Shown: positions 11,744 to 23,742, counted from the whole stretch's first letter. The stretch is 63,781 nucleotides of DNA, filler included, from Octopus bimaculoides (GCF_001194135.2; 5 parts of 5 records of this genome joined end to end with filler, not necessarily neighbours in it), one strand, 5' to 3'. A program made the numbers and translations. Notes: generated by a model not told the origin, from the letters alone.

Positions 11744-12457
11744 GATTGCTTTAACTTGTACGTCACATGTACTGAGAAGAGCATTGTACATATATGAGAA
11801 TGATTACCAGCAATATTATTTTGTTTTTGCACATAACTTCATTTCATTTTGAAAATGAACAATCCAGTGTGTTTAATGTATACAGCTTATCAATGTATAC
11901 AGTGAGTTTCTTTGCCCTGTGTGTTGGGAAGACACTCGGCAAGAAATGGAAGCAAAACTGAAAGAAGAAAAACTCATAACACTAATAATAAAAATAATAA
12001 TAATAATAATGATGATTTCAAATTTTGGCACATGGCCAGCAAGTTCGGGGGAGGGGTAAGTTAATTAATTCAACATGCCAGATGCATGGAGCTTCTTCAC
12101 AACAACATCTCTGATAAATGCAGATGAGCCTATTGACTTAAGCAACTAGAACTAAAGGCTCCAGTGTTTATATCCATCTGTCTTCTCTGCCCATTGTTCC
12201 GAGGATGTTCATGGGGGGGCTAGAGTCCTCAAGCACCTCCTTTATAGGGTTCTTTCAAAAACAACTGCAATTGTTTTTTTCTTGGGTCTGCTTTGAGAGT
12301 CCTGGGACGTGCATCCTTTGTGCTCCCTCACTACACTTCGCAGAACACATTGCAGGCCTATTGCCATGTAATTTTTAAATGGATCCTTCTACCTTAGATC
12401 AAAATGCACAAAACAATGGTACCTATGGCACATACTCTCATTTAATAATAATAATAA

Positions 12458-12766
12458 TAAAGAATAAAAGTTTAGAATGGTTACAACAATGCACTATAAA
12501 ACAAAAAATGGACTATATACCTGTTGTAATTTGGTTATCTATAGTCTGATGATATTTTGGAATTATAATTCCTTCTTCGGATCTTCTTAGCTGGAGTCTC
12601 TGCTATAAACTCCAGCTAAGAAGAGACTCCAGTTAAGAAGATCCGAAGAAGGAATTGTAATTCCGAAATATCATCGGACTATAGATAACCAAATTACAAC
12701 AGGTATATAGTCCATTTTTTTGTTTTATAGTGCATTGTTGTAACCATTCTAAACTTTTATTCTTTA
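12458..12766. mobile_element. ~309-bp palindromic element (about 143-bp arms, 20-nt spacer), probably Penelope-like pLTR in head-to-head arrangement
   Basis: Arms 12459-12601 and 12622-12765 differ by 4 substitutions and 1 indel; hammerhead-like motif in the arms; (AAT)n on the left flank. Confidence 0.7.
12640..12675 (+). ncRNA. Minimal hammerhead-ribozyme-like motif (variant core CCGAAGA)
   Basis: GAU-CCGAAGA-A-GGAAU(UGUA)AUUCC-GAAA-UAU-C-AUC: perfect 5-bp stem II, palindromic AUAU stem III, 3-bp stem I; U4 is replaced by C. Confidence 0.45.
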
Positions 12767-12987
12767 CAAACAATACACAATGCTTCAAGCAAACTACAAT
12801 ATTCTCCAATAATAATAATAATAATAGAGGCAGTGGCTCTCATGGCTTCTGATCTTAATTGATTGGAAGTGTTATCATGTACATTGTTTTGTCTTGGTAT
12901 AAAAAGATGGGCTACAGCAAATATTCTGCTTGATACCACAGATTTGCTTCTCAGTTGTTTGACTTATAATAATAACAATAATAATAG

Positions 12988-13187
12988 TTTCAAATTTTGG
13001 CACGAGGCCAGCAAGTTCGGGGAGGGGGGAAAGTCGATTACATTGACCCGGGTGTTTAACTGGTACTTCTTTTATTATCCCCCTCCCCTCCACCGAAAGG
13101 ATGAAAGTCAAAGTCGATCTTGGTGGAATTTGAACTCAGAATGCAAAAAAAAAAAAAAAAAGTATGAAATGCCGCTAAGCATTTTGC
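12988..13187 (-). mobile_element. Abundant SINE family C copy
   Basis: Reverse complement of the gcttagcgg...ctgagttcaaatt...gactttg.ctttcatcctttcgg...taccag core seen in many copies (best copy 30282-30495). Confidence 0.75.
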
Positions 13188-13324
13188 ATAATAATAACAA
13201 AAATAACTTATTTTATACTAACCCCAAAACGATGAAAGACAGAAAGTGACCTGAGTAGCATTTGAACTTGAAGCATAAGAGAGTCAGAAGAAATGCTGCC
13301 AAGCGTTCTTGTTTGATGCTGAGC

Positions 13325-13745
13325 TACCATCGTCACCATCATTAACACTATCATCTCTTAATTACCGTCATCATCATCTAAACAACCATCATCCTTAACA
13401 CCGCCACTGCTATCATCATCATCACTATCATTGTCCTCATCATACTTCTATTTCCAGAACCACAACCTCTACCGCAACCACTGCCACCAACTTCGTCAAC
13501 ACCACAACTATCAACCATTATCACCACAACCAACACCAGCACTATCACCTGCATCCCTATCATCAATATCACCAGTATTAACCATCATCGTCCCATTTAT
13601 CTTCATCACCATCGCCGCCACTACTACCACCACCACATCATCAATATCAGCATCGTAATCAACATCATAGTCGTCATTTTCACCACCACCACCACCATCT
13701 CCATCCTCACCGTGACCACCACCTCAACAACCACCACAACAAATG
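13325..13745. repeat. Cryptic (CAT/CAC/CAA)n trinucleotide region
   Basis: Degenerate catcat/caccac/caacaa runs; the ORFs called here are low-complexity artefacts. Confidence 0.8.
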
Positions 13746-14200
13746 CGATAGCAATCAAACGTTAACAATATCAGATGAAACGATCTTCGATAATAACAAT
13801 AAAACCAAGAACACCAAATAATGATAATAATAGCCGCTCTATTGAAATCCTTTTATTCTTTAAGACTAGTGAAGATTCTAATGTTTAAAACACGAACCAC
13901 TTAATTTAATTATTCATTAGTTCTAATTATTAAATAGCCACGTTCTTGAGAAGGAAGTGACCACCTGCAAGCTAGAAATTGCAGACAGATGTTTTTTTCA
14001 GTCACCTTTAACGTTTTAAAAAGGACGAGTCGGCAACGAGTGTAACGGTTTTAAACATGTTAAACTTTTATCATAATCATAACATTAACAAGCCAACGAA
14101 GTAGTTTCCACGTGGTCGCTCGATCTGTTAGAAAGAACAGTTGAATCGCCCTCAGTTCTACCATATTACAAAAAAAAAAAAAAAAGGAATTTATTATATA

Positions 14201-14567
14201 GGCGAAGGAGTGGTTGTGGGACAAGAATATTGCTTCCCAACCACATGGTTCCGGGTTCAGTCTCGCTGCGTGACACCTTCGGCAAGTGGCTTCTACTTTT
14301 ACCCCGGGCCGACCGAAGCTTTGTGAGTGGATTTGGTAGACGGAAACTGATAGAAGCCCGTCATATGTATATATATATGTATGTATGTATTTGTGGATCT
14401 GTCTCCCACTATCGTTTGACAACCGATGCTGGTGTGTTTACGTCCCCGAAAGCTAGCGATAGAATAAGTACTAGGCTTACAAAGAATAAGTTCTGAGACC
14501 GATTTGTTCGACTAAAGGCAGTGCTCCAGCATGGCTGCAGTCAAAATGATAAACAAATAAAAGAATA
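14201..14567 (+). mobile_element. tRNA-like-headed SINE family D with CORE-like segment and internal microsatellite
   Basis: ggcgaaggagtggttgtgg...ccgggttcagtc head, ccttcggcaagtggcttct segment, (TA/TATG)n interior and aaataaaagaata end; a fragment also lies at about 9645-9690. Confidence 0.7.
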
Positions 14568-14997
14568 TAACCTAGTCTAATTGGACATAGCCATAACAGG
14601 ACGGAAGGAAGGGTTGCATTGGGGATGTTTTTAATTATAAGTCGGCTTGATTAAGCAAAGAACTACATCTCCAGTAACTATTATCTTTCATAAACCAAGA
14701 TCTGTCTGCATTGTATATAAATATTTTAAATGTCAAAATAATTTAGACCACGATTAGGACACATTTTATTCTAACCTGCGTACATATACACATACACATA
14801 GCCGGTGCAAAACCGATTGGTATGGTCGGCTCGTCTTCTTTTAATTGAATGTATATGTGTGTGTGTGTATTATTAATCAGTTGCAGTTAGAGTGATTCAG
14901 GGACCCTGAGTTTTGTTCACTGGTATGTATGAAGATCCAACGATTAGCGTAAATGACGAAACTTTCGGCCCTTCAGTCACTGTATAACCGATTAATA

Positions 14998-15030
<33 letters not shown>

Positions 15031-16596
15031 CACACATCTATCTATTTATCTATCTATTCATCTATCTATATACACGTATGTACGTAGGAGTGAACCATTA
15101 AGTGAAATAAGCACGTGCTTTGGACCGTACAGGAGTTTGTTTTCAAAAAAAAAAAAAGATTTGCTAAGGTGCAAATGAACAAGGCTCTACAAAAAATGTT
15201 TGTGTATATATATATGTATATGGCGATCTTTCGGTACGATTACCTAAATATCGGCCTTTAATAATGAAATATAGTAACGAGTACGATAAATTTGAAAATC
15301 TCGAAATTGCCGCAACCCGATCCAGCAAAAGAGCCTCTATGAGGTTGCTCAGTTTGCTAGAAATAATAGCCAAATTCATACACTGCCATCTTGGGAAAGA
15401 CGGTTGATACTGGATAATGTGATCCTAGGTTTCCTATGTATATATTTATATTTATATTTAAATATACACACACAATAATAAAGACAGAAAGATGGTTAGA
15501 AGTGCCTTTGATCATAGGAAAACAACATCCTCAATGGCTTGTTAGTTCGGTTGCGACTCGGAAGCAATTAGTTGTGCAGGCAGCATTCACTGCTAGCAGG
15601 GTGATGGCTTGTGTGTTGTTGTTAAAACTATTGTGTTGTAAACTATTATTGAATGTTGTAATCTGCAGTTTGATTATTGCTCAGGCAACGAAAATCACTC
15701 ATGAGTGAAATGAATCGTTAGAGAAAATATCTCGAAACTTCGATGTCGAGGACTTGAATTAAAACGTTCGTAATTAAAACAGTAATATAATAGTAGTAAT
15801 AATAATAATAAAAACTTTTAAAAGTATAAATAAAGTTATAAAGTAGGCAACAGTCGGCATTATTTGACATATTTTAATTCATGTCTGTTAATATTATTGC
15901 TTTGTATCTTCGATATAGGAAGAAAGAAGCCGACAGATATTTCGTTTCGTAGATTTTCTTCGTTCAAAAATTCCTACACGTCGAAATCGGTAGAAAGAAT
16001 CGTTTTCAATAATTCTTTGTTATTTAACAGTTTAAAAAATACAAAAATAAAAGAAGTGAATACGTCCATCTCGTTGCTCTAGTCATAATTAAATATTTTT
16101 CATATATATTGTTATAGGAATAAAATTAAAGCGAGCTTCATATTTAATATAGCTCTTGTGGGGCGTATGGCCCTGAAAGGAAGCTGAAATTTTAATCGAT
16201 TATTTCTCATTCAGAAATTATCTTCTGCAATGTTAGTCTGCTGCGGTACAACTACGTTGGTAACACTGACCTTAAAGAAAAGAAGGCGCATATGGATGGG
16301 CACGAACCCAGTCCCTTGTCTGTCAATTCGACAAAGATCGCAAGGGGAACTATTGTTGGGTTGCGCATAGGGTGCCAGCTGACCTGAAATCCGGCGCAGT
16401 AACCATGCTTTCTAGTGTGTGCAACATGCATACATATGTATGTTTCTATACGACGGCATTACATATATTTATACAAGACACCTTTAATAAAAAAAATTTT
16501 GATATGGCGGGAAATTTTGGCAATGGAGGCGGAGCAGGTCATTGTGGGTGGAACTACGGTTAGGAAAACGGGGTCAGTTTCAAGAAGGGCATGAAC

Positions 16597-16640
16597 TGTA
16601 AGTTGGTAATGTGACATGTATGTCACATTACCAACTTACA
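16597..16640. repeat. Perfect 21-bp inverted repeat with 2-nt spacer
   Basis: tgtaagttggtaatgtgacat-gt-atgtcacattaccaacttaca. Confidence 0.95.
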
Positions 16641-17280
16641 TTTTCTTTATAACAGGTTTGTATCCATTGTCAAAGTTCAAATCCAGCCGGGGCGTCGACT
16701 TTACCTCCAATTATTTTGAGGTTGTTAAAATAAAATAAGTACTAGTTAGTACAAGAGTTGATTTTTATCGATAGGGCCTGATATATACCTTTCATTATAT
16801 ATATATATATATATATATGTCTGCATGTGTGATATATATATATATAAATATAACATGAAGATTTTAAGCAAAAATGAAACAAAATCTGAACGCTCTCCAA
16901 GGCGAACTTTATTTCTTTCTATAGAAGTGTGATCTACTGACCGAATATATAATTTCTGAGAAAATTAAACGAACCATTAGACAAAGAAATCAGAGACTAG
17001 TTTCGTTTTCGACATGCTTCTTCCAATGACATCATTTGACATTTTTGTAAAGGTCACTAGAAGTAAGTCCCTATTGCAGGTAGAGAGAGAGAATACATCT
17101 ACTTCCGTTTAAACCGGAAAAGCAGTTCTTCGGCTCGAAATATTCCCATATTCGAATTACAAAATCTCCTTGAGATTAAACTTAAATAATGCCAAAAATT
17201 TATTCAATAGTTTCAGATAACAAAATATCACCGTAAACAGTAACCTTTATGATTAAATTTCCTCGAATTATTGATGGATC

Positions 17281-17330
17281 CTTCTAGAAGCTACCAGAAC
17301 AATCTAGAAGCTTCTAGAACAATCTAGAAA
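17281..17330 (+). promoter_or_regulatory. Extended heat-shock element (10 alternating nTTCn/nGAAn pentamers)
   Basis: cTTCt aGAAg cTaCc aGAAc aaTCt aGAAg cTTCt aGAAc aaTCt aGAAa; ends 27 bp before the TATA box of HSP90. Confidence 0.92.
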
Positions 17331-17357
17331 GCTACTTGGCGAATCAATACGCGGCGA

Positions 17358-17364
17358 TATAAAA
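17358..17364 (+). promoter_or_regulatory. TATA box of HSP90
   Basis: TATAAAA downstream of the HSE; Inr-like TCATTC at 17389-17394 (putative +1 about 17391). Confidence 0.8.
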
Positions 17365-17390
17365 GGCTTGGTTCCTCGTGCGACTCTCTC

Positions 17391-17483
17391 ATTCAAATCG
17401 AGTGCGTCGCTGGTGTTTGGCTCGTCATTCAAACTTTTTATCTCACCCTTTATTCCTAACATAATTCATTAAAATTTTTCAAG
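17391..17483 (+). other. HSP90: HSP90 non-coding exon 1 (5' UTR); start approximate
   Basis: Ends ttcaag|gtaaga, a strong donor. Splicing to cag|ATG at 18771 gives caagATG, the arrangement known from Drosophila Hsp83 and vertebrate HSP90 genes. Confidence 0.8.
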
Positions 17484-18382
17484 GTAAGAAATTAATTCCG
17501 CAATTATTCTTTTTCACTTTTTTTTTTTAAATTTCCAATTATTGCTTATTTTTACCAAAATACTAATAATTCCAAGATCACGATGCCNNNNNNNNNNNNN
17601 NNNNNNNNNNNNNNNNNNNNNNNNNNNNNNNNNNNNNNNNNNNNNNNNNNNNNNNNNNNNNNNNNNNNNNNNNNNNNNNNNNNNNNNNNNNNNNNNNNNN
17701 NNNNNNNNNNNNNNNNNNNNNNNNNNNNNNNNNNNNNNNNNNNNNNNNNNNNNNNNNNNNNNNNNNNNNNNNNNNNNNNNNNNNNNNNNNNNNNNNNNNN
17801 NNNNNNNNNNNNNNNNNNNNNNNNNNNNNNNNNNNNNNNNNNNNNNNNNNNNNNNNNNNNNNNNNNNNNNNNNNNNNNNNNNNNNNNNNNNNNNNNNNNN
17901 NNNNNNNNNNNNNNNNNNTGATTTTACGGGTGTTCCGATTTGGTCCAAAAAAACTAATTTCTAAGCTATCCAGGACACTCCTATCTTAGTGGGTCTCAAA
18001 TGATTTCTTTGAATTTTAAATTAAGGTTCTTTTATGGTTACTGCTTTCCCTCCAAATATTTGCAGTTAGATCGATCATTCGTTGATATCGATGGTATGAG
18101 CATAAAAGTTAAAAACATTAACCTTAAAACTAATAAATCTAATCTATTGCAATAGATTACAGCAATTAAGGTCGTACGACTTTAAGGAGGGGGTGGGGTG
18201 GGGCTCAATAGATCCCCCCCTCCCCTACTACCCCGCCGCACCGTAGTTTCGAGAACGTAGGTAGGGTGGGGCGGAATCTTGTCCCGCAGAACTTTCTCTG
18301 TTCAGTCTCATTCATCGAAGACAATATTGTCTCTGGATTGACACAGTATGTAGTTTTCGAATTCATACGGGTTTGTATACAC

Positions 18383-18416
<34 letters not shown>

Positions 18417-18770
18417 ATATATACCATTTTTTAAATATGTGATGAAAATATTTTTTTGAGGTTCCGTGTATGTACTTAGGATATTTGGCATTCGTTAAAG
18501 AGTGTCGGTGTGTGTATAAATGAGAAACACTGCACACGTAGGAGGGATAGAGATGGCAGTTAATGGGTGGGTTGGGTTGACTGGGATGGTGATTAGTGTT
18601 GTAACATGGTAGTTATCGATCATGTTAGTCGTTTCGGTCCAGTGTTATGTGAAACAATTTACACTTGTTGCATGTTGAGAGAATTAGCACCCACCCCCTC
18701 CTCTTAATGCTACAATGCATGGACTGTTTCTCTTTATCTTTTACACTCATTGTAAATTCATTTATTGCAG

Positions 18771-19233
18771 ATGTCAACTGAAACTAATGATGGAGAAGTA
18801 TTTGCCTTCCAAGCTGAAATTGCTCAGTTGATGAGCTTGATCATCAACACTTTCTATTCCAACAAAGAAATCTTTCTCAGGGAGTTGATTTCTAACTCTT
18901 CTGATGCTCTTGACAAGATCAGATACGAGTCTTTGACTGACCCGTCCAAACTAGACAGTGGCAAGGACTTATACATCAAGATCATCCCCAACAAGGAGGA
19001 TAACACATTGACCATTATTGACACTGGTATCGGCATGACCAAGGCTGATATGGTCAACAACCTGGGTACCATTGCTAAGTCTGGTACTAAAGCTTTCATG
19101 GAAGCTCTGCAGTCTGGTGCTGATATTTCCATGATTGGTCAGTTTGGTGTCGGTTTCTATTCTGCTTACTTGGTTGCCGACAAAGTGATTGTTGAATCTA
19201 AACATAATGATGACGAGCAGCACACCTGGGAGT
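18771..19233 (+). CDS. HSP90: Cytosolic heat shock protein 90, N-terminal ATPase domain; truncated by linker 2
   Basis: [51 protein letters not shown]...LGTIAKSGT...[16 protein letters not shown]...WE: three HSP90 family signatures, no signal peptide; ATG directly after acceptor ttattgcag. Confidence 0.98.
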
Positions 19234-19333
19234 NNNNNNNNNNNNNNNNNNNNNNNNNNNNNNNNNNNNNNNNNNNNTTAATTAATTAANNNNNNNNNNN
19301 NNNNNNNNNNNNNNNNNNNNNNNNNNNNNNNNN
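19234..19333. other. Artificial scaffold linker 2
   Basis: 44 N + TTAATTAATTAA (19278-19289) + 44 N. Confidence 0.95.
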
Positions 19334-19607
19334 ATGTGTTCCTCACGTGTCCATTTATGCCGTTTTGGTTTTGTTTGCGGGACATGAAGAACAACGTCCG
19401 GCCCTTTATTTTGACGGTCATCGTTTTCGTAGGGTACCGGTTCGTTTATTTCTGTTGTCAGATTGTTTTGCACGTTCATATCTTCGTACTTTTTTCGTAA
19501 CAAGCTTACAGTACGTACTTCTCGGTTGTTATTCTTGGGTGAAATAATACCGGTGTTATTTAATATGTTTGTAATTTTTTTGTACATGGTGTTTTGGGGT
19601 TCGAAGA

Positions 19608-19608
<1 letters not shown>
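19334..19608 (-). mobile_element. R4/Dong-clade non-LTR retrotransposon, 5' end of ORF (cut by linker)
   Basis: Open frame MYKKITNILNN...QTKPKRHKWTREEH; RHKW.R.E resembles the N-terminal motif of Rex6/Dong-type ORFs. The 5' side abuts (TAA)n at 19609-19652. Confidence 0.55.
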
Positions 19609-19652
<44 letters not shown>

Positions 19653-19703
19653 GATAATAGTAATCCTTTCTACTATAGGCACAAGGCCTGAAAATTATTA
19701 TTG

Positions 19704-19743
<40 letters not shown>

Positions 19744-19945
19744 TAATAATAATAATCCTTTCTACTATAGGCACAAGGCCTGAAAATTCGGGGGAGGGTA
19801 CTAATTGAATACATCGGCCCCAGTGCTCAACTGGTACTTATTTTATCGACCCCGAAAAGATGAACGACAAAGTCAACCTCGGCAGAATTCTTAATAACAA
19901 TAATGATCATAGAAACAGAATTGAAAGAAGATGCTAATGAAAATA

Positions 19946-20017
<72 letters not shown>

Positions 20018-22930
20018 TTAATAATAATAAATGTTACTAATTAATCGAATAAAAAAATGTGGTAAAAATAATTATAATGATGATAACAACGATAATAATA
20101 ATAATCGGGAAAAAATATAATTCATATCTCTGCCAGTTTGAAATATATAGTATTTAAATATGGTGTAAACATAACAGGAAATTAAAAAATATACATTAAT
20201 TTATCATTACATTAACTTATTACTTATATCAGCTTGATGTGTATAGAATATATTATTATTTTCTTTTTTTATGAACGAAACATATGTTTAAGAAAAAGAA
20301 ACATGAGGATGCGTTTAAAGGAAACTGTACTTGGATTGTAAATATAGACTGTTTCTAAGCATAAGCGAGAAACATAATTAAAGAAGTGTTCATACACAGT
20401 CACACATCATTCACTTTCTGTTAACGAAATCCGCCAAGAGCAAATACAATTGAGTTATTGTCACGGCTTACGGGCTGGAATTTAAATAACTATCACTTGT
20501 TAAAGTTGTATAAGTCAAATTCTTGACAATGAAAGACAAATATGTATGTATGTGAGCGCGTACATGTATACATACATGCATAAATACATACAGTCACACA
20601 TACATATAGGTGTGTGAGTATAAAATGTATAGAACTTATACACAATTACACATTCATATGCATAATCATAAACGCATATACATACACAACTGCATATTTG
20701 AGTGTATTTATGTATTCTGTGTGTATTTGTGACTTTTGTACGGTGGTATTTATTAAGGTTGAATATTTGTACAAATGATTTGTAGATAAGCTCTTGACAT
20801 TTATTGCTATGCAATCATATCGCTACCAGAATTTTTTTTTCAAAGCAAGCTAGTATATGACTATCATATTTATTGAATTGAGGAAGCGCAGACTGACTGA
20901 GCAAGAGGGAGGAGTGAAATGACAAGGGGAACGGTAGGTAGATATCTAGTTGTGTGGGTACGTGTGCAGTTTTGGCGAAAAGGATAAGGGTTGAGTTTGG
21001 GAGGTGAGACATTATTCTATTTTAATACTTTCTTATATAGTTATTTAATATTTCCCGCAAGTTATAGTCAACAAAGCATCGGAAAGACAATACAACAGTA
21101 AAATTCTTCGTTTTTGGAAACCTGCAATAGTTTTGTTGTAGACAATATGTTTTCGTTTATCAAAGGATTCGACGGCTTCGGGGACATATTACGTTTACTT
21201 TTCTTTTAAACGATGAGGTCAAAAGTGTAATTTTCTTTTCTTTACTACTTCTACAAGTGGAGCCTCAAGTTGAAATCAAGGATATGTAGCATGTGGGAAA
21301 TATCAGGCAAAAGGAAATAACTTCTAATTGAACTTGTTATTATTCGTAATTGGTTGCAGAATCAAATGATAATAGGAATTTATGCTTGAAATATCTATCC
21401 GTGAAGGAAAATCCTAAAACTTCATAACACAATATTAGTATTATTTTTTTTCGGTGAGCACTAGAGTTGTGCATTGTCAGAATAATTGGAATGTCGGAAG
21501 AAATTCTTTGAGGTATTCCTTCCAGTTCTTTACATACTGATTTCGAACCTCATTAAGGTCAACTTCCACCTTTCATCACTCTGTGGTTGATAAAATTACG
21601 CACTAGGCCATGTTCTGATGACAATGGTGTGAACTAAACTCCCTCATCTCAAAATTGCAGGCTTTGTACTTAACTCAGAAATCATCATTCGGCGAGCAGC
21701 ATATAAACTTTTCAGTGAAATGAATCTGCAAATCTCTTTCGATTTTCAGGCGGAACCAGTTAATTTACTTCTATTGTTAACTGTTCAATAAAAAAACTTA
21801 TGAGACATTACACAATTTCATTTTAATCCTCAATAAAATGATGAGATTTTGTACGTGTCAACGACATTGGCAGTCTCTTGCATAGGCAAACGCTTTAAAT
21901 CATAAGAAAGCTTCCGGATAGCCGGGTTAACGACACAGTTCGTTTTATGCTCATATTCAATTCAGACGGCAAGGTGTCAACATAACATAACCCTGTAAAC
22001 GTGTACAGTTTTGTATACTAACATTGGTATTATTGCCAATGCATTAAAGATGGTTATATCATTATTTTCTTTCTTGTACTTTCTGTATTCAGATACTTCT
22101 GTTATCAGCTTCAAGCTTTCATCTTTTCTTTGATCGATAAAATGAGTATAGGATGTTTACTATAGGAAATTCCAAACATACAGGCCTCAATAAAAATCCT
22201 GGCCTATTCTTTTTCAAGATATCAATATTGCTATAATTGTTATTTCAAATAAAAATGATCTGAACAGTAGAGTTAGTGGCGAAATTAAATATATAAAATA
22301 TTTCTTCGGTTTAAAATGCTAAGCCAACGGCAATAGCTAGTTGACAGTAATTGTGTTGTGTAAAATAAGGTTAATGATAGATTTCAAGTCTATCACTTAA
22401 GGATTCATTAGCGAACCTTCTGAAATGGTGTTTTAAAATGAACACATCAACATACATATTGATGCATCAAAACATGCATATCTTTACACTCTGAGTATAA
22501 ATCACAACAAAATCAATTTTGCTGGAAAATTGTCTAAAGTAACAACAGTAACAACAAGGCTGCAGTTGATGATGAAGGATATGATGAAGGAAGTCAGCTC
22601 TTACTCGGTTATCCATCATGCAGCCCGACTGCTATAAACTGCCAGGCCATTTCATCGTTTTGTGACATGGGAGATGTAATAGCAACAGAAAAAGATACAA
22701 GATTTCCAAAGCGTCGAGAGCAAAAAACAGAGAAGAAACCCCTCCTGAGAAAGAAAGGCACTCTCCAGTACAGGGCGATCAGAAAGAGTGAGGAGTCCGA
22801 TCGACAGTATAATAACAGGAATGAAAAAGATATGAGATTTACAGTCTTTCGAAAGATAAGCTAATGCCTCAAAACAGCATAAAACAAATGTGATGCGGCG
22901 GATATAGTCTAAAAGTCGGAATTTTAATAT

Positions 22931-23242
22931 TTTTTATGCGCCCTTTTAAAACCTAGCCAGGCTCATGGGCCCGGTTTCCCGGTTTCTATGGCGTATGTGT
23001 TTTCCCCCCAGCTGCACGGACGCCAGTCCACCGCAGCTTTACTCAAGAAACAGGAAGAAAGAGTGAGAGAATGTTGGGGCGAAAGAGTACAACAGGGGTC
23101 GACACCAACCCCTGACGGAGCCTCGTGGAGCTTTAGGTGTTTTCGCTCAAGAAACACACACAACGCCTGGTCTGGGAATCGAAACCACGATCCCCCGACT
23201 GTTAGACCACTGCTCTAACCACTGGGCCATTGCGCCTCCACG
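22931..23242 (-). mobile_element. tRNA-headed SINE, subfamily B (full length)
   Basis: Head nearly as in 4747-5136, then a different tail gagtaaagctgcggtggactggcgtcc...gaaaccgggaaaccgggcccatgagcctggctagg. Confidence 0.85.
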
Positions 23243-23742
23243 AAAGTCGGAATACAAGATATTCTTAGTAAAAAATACCAGAACAAAATTATCACTAGCT
23301 AAAGCTGGGGTGTCCACGCAAAGGATATTGACGGGCACTACTGGGAACAGCAAACTTCAATACGAGCAGTGAAAGATGGGATGTCAGGTGGGGTGCTCTA
23401 ACTTCACCTAATTAGCTGATTATCACCCATCGTGTGTGTGGACAACTATAAATGTCTTTCTGTCTGAACTTGCTAAATATCTTTAAATATCTTGTTTTAT
23501 ATACTGTGTTCTATTTCCTTGGTGATTATCTATTGTATATCCCTTTTACGCGAAATTTTTAAAGTGACTGCTTTTCATAAAGTCCCTGGCCCAACCCATT
23601 TGTTTTTATGGGGCTTGTTTGTCCTACTTAACGCATTTTAAAACCCCTAATCTTAACGTTTCATACCATGTATACATGAATGAATTCTATAGAATTGCCC
23701 TCATAAAATTATTATTTTCCCTGCTATTATTATGTCTGTTGC

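Noticed and set aside
12071-12445. Coding-like minus-strand remnant (REDRWI*TLEPL) reminiscent of a GIY-YIG C-terminus next to the palindrome
   Set aside because: No GIY/YIG motif recoverable and too many stops; cannot be assigned without a profile search.
18854-19223. Two minus-strand ORFs (92 and 84 aa) inside HSP90
   Set aside because: Antisense shadows of a codon-biased real gene.
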